NCBI GenBank assembly: GCA_963850305.1 | Contig: CAWKKR010000005.1 | Span: forward strand, 128,001 to 192,000 | Length of the DNA stretch: 64,000 bases | DNA from: an uncultured delta proteobacterium | GTDB taxonomy: Bacteria; Myxococcota_A; Polyangia; Polyangiales; Polyangiaceae | Direction: 5' to 3' | Shown: positions 54,054 to 64,000 of the stretch, one piece after another | How the letters are laid out: each line of letters starts with the position of its first letter | How positions within the stretch are numbered: the first letter of the stretch is position 1 | The notes under the pieces: model-generated | Told to the model about the DNA's origin: nothing | The model's database searches: none | Seen by the model: the letters and a program-made list of their open reading frames with translations, nothing else | Translations under genes and position numbers: made by a program

Positions 54054-55505
54054 CTACCTCAGGATGCCCGCGACCCTCGGTGTCCGGAGCTCGGTCTGGC
54101 CGACGAGGTACTGATCGATCCCCGCCGCAGCTTTGCGACCGTCGGCGATGGCCCAGACGACGAGAGATTGGCCGCGCTGCATGTCGCCCGCGGCGAACAC
54201 GCCGGGGACGCTCGACATGAAGTTCGCGTCGATGGCGACGTTGCCGCGCGCGTCGAGCTTCACGCCGAGGTCCGTGAGCAACCCGTCGTGCTCCGGATGC
54301 ACGAAGCCCATTGCGAGGAGGACGAGCTCGGCTTCGATGTGGAACTCGGAGCCCGGGACGTTCTCGAACTTACCGCTCTTGAACTCGACGCGGATGCAGT
54401 CGATGCCGGTGACGCGGCCCTCGGCGTTCCCCGTGAAGCGGACCGTCGAGACGGCGAAGTCGCGGTTCACGCCCTCTTCGTGCGACGACGAGGTACGGAG
54501 CATGAGCGGCCAGAGTGGCCACGGCGTCGTGGGGCTCGGTTCCTCGGGCGGTCTCGGCATGATCTCGAAATTGATGACGCGCGTCGCGCCCTGGCGGTTC
54601 GACGTGCCGATGCAGTCGCTCCCCGTGTCTCCGCCGCCGATGACGACCACGTTCTTGCCCGTCGCGAGGATTCCGACTTCGGCAGGCACCACGTCCCCCG
54701 CGACGCGACGGTTCTGCTGCTCGAGGAACTCCATCGCGAAGTGCACCCCGCGAAGCTCGCGCCCGGGAACCGGTAGATCGCGCGGTTTGCGCGAGCCGCC
54801 CGCGAGGCACACGGCGTCGTAGTTCTTCTTCAGATCCTCGGCCGTGACGTCCACGCCGACATTAACGGAGGTTTTGAACTCGACGCCCTCGGCGCGCATC
54901 TGCTCGACGCGCCGGTGGACGAGGTGCTTCTCCATCTTGAAGTCGGGAATGCCGTACGTCAGAAGCCCGCCCAGGCGATCGGCGCGCTCGAGTACGGTCA
55001 CGCTGTGCCCTGCGCGGGCGAGTTGCTGCGCTGCCGCGAGTCCCGCGGGCCCCGAGCCCACGACGGCGACGGTCTTGCCCGTCTTCCGCTGCGCCGGGCG
55101 CGGAGTGATGAGCCCCTTCGCCCAGGCTTCATCGACGATCGCGTGTTCGATGAGCTTTATGCTCACCGGGTCGTCGTTGATGTTGAGCACACACGAGGCC
55201 TCGCACGGCGCGGGGCAGATGCGCCCGGTCACCTCCGGGAAGTTGTTCGTCGCGTGGAGTGACTCGATCGCCGCTCGGACGTCGCCGCGATACACGTGGT
55301 CGTTCCAATCCGGAATCAGGTTCCCGAGCGGGCACCCGGTGTTGCAGAACGGAACGCCACAGTCCATGCAGCGCGCGGCCTGGTTCCGGAGATCCTCCTG
55401 GATCACGGGCAGCTCGAACTCCCGGTAGTCCTTCACCCGTTCCGCGACGGGACGCTTCCGCGCGTCGGTGCGCGCGTATTCCATGAATCCGGTGACTTTT
55501 CCCAC
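54054..55505 (-). CDS. gltD: Glutamate synthase small subunit
   Basis: [62 protein letters not shown]. Confidence 0.97.
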   Translation of the reverse strand: MGKVTGFMEYARTDARKRPVAERVKDYREFELPVIQEDLRNQAARCMDCGVPFCNTGCPLGNLIPDWNDHVYRGDVRAAIESLHATNNFPEVTGRICPAPCEASCVLNINDDPVSIKLIEHAIVDEAWAKGLITPRPAQRKTGKTVAVVGSGPAGLAAAQQLARAGHSVTVLERADRLGGLLTYGIPDFKMEKHLVHRRVEQMRAEGVEFKTSVNVGVDVTAEDLKKNYDAVCLAGGSRKPRDLPVPGRELRGVHFAMEFLEQQNRRVAGDVVPAEVGILATGKNVVVIGGGDTGSDCIGTSNRQGATRVINFEIMPRPPEEPSPTTPWPLWPLMLRTSSSHEEGVNRDFAVSTVRFTGNAEGRVTGIDCIRVEFKSGKFENVPGSEFHIEAELVLLAMGFVHPEHDGLLTDLGVKLDARGNVAIDANFMSSVPGVFAAGDMQRGQSLVVWAIADGRKAAAGIDQYLVGQTELRTPRVAGILR

Positions 55506-55547
55506 GAGATTGGCCTGATTCGCGAAAGGGGGGTCTGGGTTACGGGG

Positions 55548-60089
<4,542 letters not shown>

Positions 60090-60347
60090 CGTCGTGGGGC
60101 TCCTGACGGCAACATGGGCAGCTGGGTCGGGGGGTTGCGCTCCGGGGCGCGCCCGGGCTCCAGGAGCGCGGGCCGACGCGGGGACAACTTTGGAAACGGT
60201 CACGGCCGGCTCGAAGATCCCGTGTCGATCGCCGAGGGACGCGACGTGCCACCTGGAGCATGGCAGTTTCGAGATTCTGTACGCAGGCCCGCGGACTCGC
60301 AAGTGGGATCTGGCGGGGGTACCGTCCCGTGTCGCTGAATTGCGACG

Positions 60348-61205
60348 TCAGGGACGGGCGTCCCGGCAGCACCGGAAACCGATCTCGTAGCCCCAGTCGG
60401 ACTCGTCGTGGAAGCGCACGGTCGGGCGACACCGATCGCGAACAGGGCCCCACCATCCGCCTTTCAGTGCCGATCGATGCGGGTACTTCTCGCCGGGCAC
60501 GTTGACCCATTCGTTGACGTTTCCGTTCATGTCGTGGACTCCGAAGGGGGAGATACATCGGTCGAACGCCCCTGACGGCTCGCGCTGGTCGAGGCGCTCG
60601 AAATCTGCACGACACGTAGCCGAAGCCATGCACTCGTCCCAGAGCTCGAGTTTCCGGGGCCGTTCGACGTAAGGCCGATCGATCACGCACGCCGACGGGT
60701 CGCGCGTGTACCCGTTCACGTACGGCAGCATCTCTTCGCCCTCGCAGGCGAAGAGCCACTCGTCCTCGTCGCAGAGCCGCTTTCCGACGGACTCGCACGA
60801 TGCCTTCGCGCCGCCCCAGTCGACGAGCACATGCGGCAACTCGCCTTCGCGGTTCGGCCACTCGTAGCGGTCCACGCAATATCTGACGAGCACCCGCTTT
60901 TCGGAAACGCACCGACTGGGCTCCGAGAAACGGAGACAGCGCTCGCTCTTCTTCGGATTGGTTACGTACCCCGCCGCGTGCGCCTCGCACTGCTCATCAG
61001 CGTCCGGGCAAAATCGCCCCTCCACCAGGACCATGTCGCCGGGACACGCCACGGGCATGGGCGCGGCGGGGCCGGGCGCCACGCTCGCCCTCGGGCCGGT
61101 CGAGGCCGGGGCCGGCTTCTGGGGTGGTTCGGGGCTCGGTGACGGCGGAACCGTGCCACAGCTCACCGCGAGCAGGGCGGCGGCTCGGGTGAGCCTTCGA
61201 ACCAT
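60348..61205 (-). CDS. Formylglycine-generating-enzyme (SUMF1) domain lipoprotein
   Basis: CPGDMVLVEG, GKRLC...EW..ACEG, FGVHDMNGNVNEW, IGFRCC; lipobox AVSC. Confidence 0.88.
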   Translation of the reverse strand: MVRRLTRAAALLAVSCGTVPPSPSPEPPQKPAPASTGPRASVAPGPAAPMPVACPGDMVLVEGRFCPDADEQCEAHAAGYVTNPKKSERCLRFSEPSRCVSEKRVLVRYCVDRYEWPNREGELPHVLVDWGGAKASCESVGKRLCDEDEWLFACEGEEMLPYVNGYTRDPSACVIDRPYVERPRKLELWDECMASATCRADFERLDQREPSGAFDRCISPFGVHDMNGNVNEWVNVPGEKYPHRSALKGGWWGPVRDRCRPTVRFHDESDWGYEIGFRCCRDARP

Positions 61206-61353
61206 CAGGCTCGGCTTACTTGGTCGGCCGAGATGGGCGAAGTTTTCGGCCAAGGAAGGGGACGACCCGGGCCTTTGGTCTACCTCTCGTCCTCGTCCCT
61301 CTGCCTGGAAACGGTCGCCGACCCAGGGGGCGGCGGGGTAGCCTCTCGCGCCC

Positions 61354-62946
61354 GTGCGCGCTTCCCCCTCATCCAGGGTCCCTCGCGGAACCGCCGCGCT
61401 CGGCTGGCTCGTCCTGGCGGGCGGTTTCGTGCTGACCGTCGCGGCTTCCCGCGTGATCGGCCCGGCTTTCGACGAGGAGCGGCGGATCACCGTCGCGTAT
61501 CACGCCACGGACGTCGCGCGCGCGGTGACACGCCTGGGCCCCCGGGCGCTTGGCGCCCCTTCGACCAAGGCCATCTTCGAGGAGCTCATTCCATTCGGGG
61601 TGCTCCCGGGTCTCCTCTCGGGGTGGCTGGGCGAGGTCTTTGCCTCTGCCGGGATGATCGATCGTCTGACGGGCGCGCGCATCGGGTGGCTGCTGTGGAC
61701 CGGGCTCGCCCCGGCCGCGGTCTATCTGATGGTCGAGCCGAGTCGCGGGCGGCGCACGGCGGCGATATCGGCGTGTGCCTTGTTCGCGATGCCCCGGTTC
61801 GTGTACGCCGCCGCCACGGCGCGCGAGCCGGCGGTCGTGACGAGCATCTGGCTCGTCGTGATCGCTCTGTACTTGCGAGCGATTCCGCCGTCGTCGGAGG
61901 AGCGGCGGCGTGGCGTCGAGCGACGGTTCCGTCTCTTCGCGCCGCTCTGCGCGATGGTGCTCGGGCTCGGCATCGCGACGGATCTGGCGGTGATCGGCGT
62001 CATTCCTCTGATCGCGGTTCACTATTTCCTCACGCGCGGGGTGGCGACGTGGCGCTCGTGGCGTCGCGGTCTGACGCCTGTGCCGAGCGCGTTTCTCTGG
62101 GCGGTGTTGATCACGCCAATCGTCCTCCTCGCGGCGGCGCCGGCGCTCTGGCGCGGCGCCTCGTCCGATGCGGAGTGGCTCCTCGGTCCGCTCGCCCCGA
62201 CGATCGAACCCGTGCTCTATCACGGGGGTCCAGTGGCATCGGTTCGCGACGTGCCGTGGAGTTACTCGGTGAACTGGCTGGCCGCGACGCTGCCGATCGG
62301 GATTCTCGCGCTCGCCATCGGGGGAGGGGGCATCCTGCTCGCCGAGCGCATCGCGGTAACTCGCGGAGCGGCCCGTCGCGATGCGACGCACTTCGGGTGG
62401 CTCGCGCTCCTCGTGATCGCGGGGGTCACCCTCGGGCCTATCGTCACGCCCGCGGTGCTCACGCGGTTTCCGCCTCGCGTCGAACTCGCGCTTCCGTTCA
62501 TTGCCTGTCTCGCGGCAATTGCCCTCGACGGCATGGCCACGAGGCTGGTCGGGCTGAAGCGGAGCGCGTGGATTGCGGGCCCCGTCTGTCTCGGGCTACT
62601 CGCGTTCGGCCTGTCCGGCCTTCCGACGTCGAGTGCGTCCTTCGGGTTGCTCGGGGGAGGCACCCGCGGCGCCGTGGCGAGTCGGTTCTGGGCGGTCGGG
62701 GACGGCAGCGAGCTCGCCGCGCTCGCGCCTTCGATCGATGCTCTCGGACCGCGCGTGTACATCGAGTCCCGGGACGTGCCGCGATCCTACTGGTCGCTCC
62801 TGAACGCGGCCGGCCGCATGCGGGCTCACGTCGAAGGCGGCCGCAGGGGCGAGCCGGCCGTGGTGGTCGCCCGGGGGGCGCGGGACCACGCGATGGCGAC
62901 GGTCGCGCGGGACGGTGCGGTCCTGTGGTCGCTCAATCGGCGCTGA
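61354..62946 (+). CDS. Polytopic membrane protein, GT-C (PMT/GT39-like) glycosyltransferase-like
   Basis: About 10 hydrophobic segments; acidic DE motif after TM1 (GPAFDEE). Confidence 0.55.
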   Translation: MRASPSSRVPRGTAALGWLVLAGGFVLTVAASRVIGPAFDEERRITVAYHATDVARAVTRLGPRALGAPSTKAIFEELIPFGVLPGLLSGWLGEVFASAGMIDRLTGARIGWLLWTGLAPAAVYLMVEPSRGRRTAAISACALFAMPRFVYAAATAREPAVVTSIWLVVIALYLRAIPPSSEERRRGVERRFRLFAPLCAMVLGLGIATDLAVIGVIPLIAVHYFLTRGVATWRSWRRGLTPVPSAFLWAVLITPIVLLAAAPALWRGASSDAEWLLGPLAPTIEPVLYHGGPVASVRDVPWSYSVNWLAATLPIGILALAIGGGGILLAERIAVTRGAARRDATHFGWLALLVIAGVTLGPIVTPAVLTRFPPRVELALPFIACLAAIALDGMATRLVGLKRSAWIAGPVCLGLLAFGLSGLPTSSASFGLLGGGTRGAVASRFWAVGDGSELAALAPSIDALGPRVYIESRDVPRSYWSLLNAAGRMRAHVEGGRRGEPAVVVARGARDHAMATVARDGAVLWSLNRR

Positions 62947-64000
62947 ACCGCAGCGCCTCGGCGAGCCCGGAAGCGCGGAGCGCGGGGCGCCCCACGGCTT
63001 CGCGGACCGCCGCTTCGGTCGCGTGCACGACGGCGCGGAGGCGAGCCCGCGTCACGGCCGTGTAGAGCAGCTCCCGCGTCAGCAGCGGCGACCCCTCGCG
63101 CGGGAGCACCACGGCCACTTCGTCGAACTCGGAGCCCTGACTCTTGTGCACGCTCATCGCGAACGCCGGTTCATGGGGCGGGAGTCGCGACGGCGAGAGC
63201 GAGCGAAGCGTGCCGTCTCCGCGCCGGAAGACGGCGCGCAAGGTTCCCCCCTCCCTGAAAACGATCCCGACGTCGCCGTTGAACAACTCGAGCGAAGGAT
63301 CGTTCCGGTGAATGAGCACCGGGTGAACGACGCCGGTGCGACCGAGGAGGCCGTGTTCCCGCAGCGCGAGTTCAATCTCGGCGTTCGCCGACTCCACGCC
63401 GAGCGGGCCCTGGCGATTGCCGAGGAGCACGCGGAATCGAGACAGAGCATCCAGTGCCTGCTCGGGCGTCGAGCTCCGCGCACACGCCTCGAAGCCGGAG
63501 ACCGCCAGCTCGATGAGGCGAGGGTCCAGGCCGTCCCCCGCCGGAACGAGGAGGGCCGCGCCGTCGCTCTCGAGCGCGGTCAGGACCGCGGTCACGTCGC
63601 CGCGCTGGATGAACACCGACAGAGCGCCGAGGGCGCTCCGTTCGTCGAAGCGAAAGCTCTTCTTGAGCGTGACGACGGAGTCGTCGATGGAGAAGGGCCT
63701 CGCGCCGACGTTCGCGGCGGGCAGGGGTTCGTCGAATGTCCGGGTCAGGCGCGCGTCGAGCTCGGGCGAATAGTGCGCTCGCGCGGGGTCCCCGCAGATA
63801 TCGGCCAGGACGGCTCCGGCCTCGACCGACGACAGCTGGTATCGATCCCCGAGGAGGACGAGCCGGGCGCGCGGCGGCACCGCTTCCACGAGCCGGCGCA
63901 TCAGCGCGACGTCAATCATCGACGCTTCGTCGACGACCACGACGTCCGCGAACAGCGGGCGCTCGCGGTCGACGCGGAATCGGCCTTCGCGGTCCACCTC
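62933..64000 (-). CDS. recD: RecD helicase, C-terminal part (5' end outside window)
   Basis: VVVDEASMID, LLGDRYQLSSVEAG, LFNGDVG, AFAMSVHKSQGSEF, RELLYTAVTRA. Confidence 0.95.
   Translation of the reverse strand, partial: EVDREGRFRVDRERPLFADVVVVDEASMIDVALMRRLVEAVPPRARLVLLGDRYQLSSVEAGAVLADICGDPARAHYSPELDARLTRTFDEPLPAANVGARPFSIDDSVVTLKKSFRFDERSALGALSVFIQRGDVTAVLTALESDGAALLVPAGDGLDPRLIELAVSGFEACARSSTPEQALDALSRFRVLLGNRQGPLGVESANAEIELALREHGLLGRTGVVHPVLIHRNDPSLELFNGDVGIVFREGGTLRAVFRRGDGTLRSLSPSRLPPHEPAFAMSVHKSQGSEFDEVAVVLPREGSPLLTRELLYTAVTRARLRAVVHATEAAVREAVGRPALRASGLAEALRFSAD

Overview
This is a high-GC chromosomal window whose gene content points to a myxobacterium, probably Polyangiaceae-like (inferred from Gly/Ser-linker Cys-rich lipoproteins, a zinc-ribbon/GYF gliding-type protein, and an ECF sigma factor with a TPR partner). 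Core genes: the glnD 3' end, ahcY, pheA, gltB/gltD, a plsC-like acyltransferase, an FKBP, a MacAB-like ABC exporter and the recD 3' end. A signalling cluster (single REC, GAF hybrid kinase, and a ~2,090-aa poly-HAMP hybrid kinase carrying a 1-nt frameshift) faces a three-gene wHTH-like + 2x DUF5985-like operon. The most unusual content is non-coding. (i) A dispersed modular repeat family has six copies, each a GTAG-flanked ~58-bp hairpin module with tandem 70/79-bp three-hairpin units that show compensatory base changes. (ii) An intact IS110 recombinase sits exactly at a junction of that repeat family. It is flanked by TTCCTAGTAG on both sides, its structured ~115-nt upstream non-coding end carries a 9-nt copy of the junction (candidate bridge/seek RNA guide), and an empty target site is present elsewhere in the window. 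(iii) An IS481 with a doubled right end is inserted in a 21-bp palindromic minisatellite. No rRNA, tRNA or CRISPR array was recognised. All family assignments come from motif recognition by eye, not from database searches.
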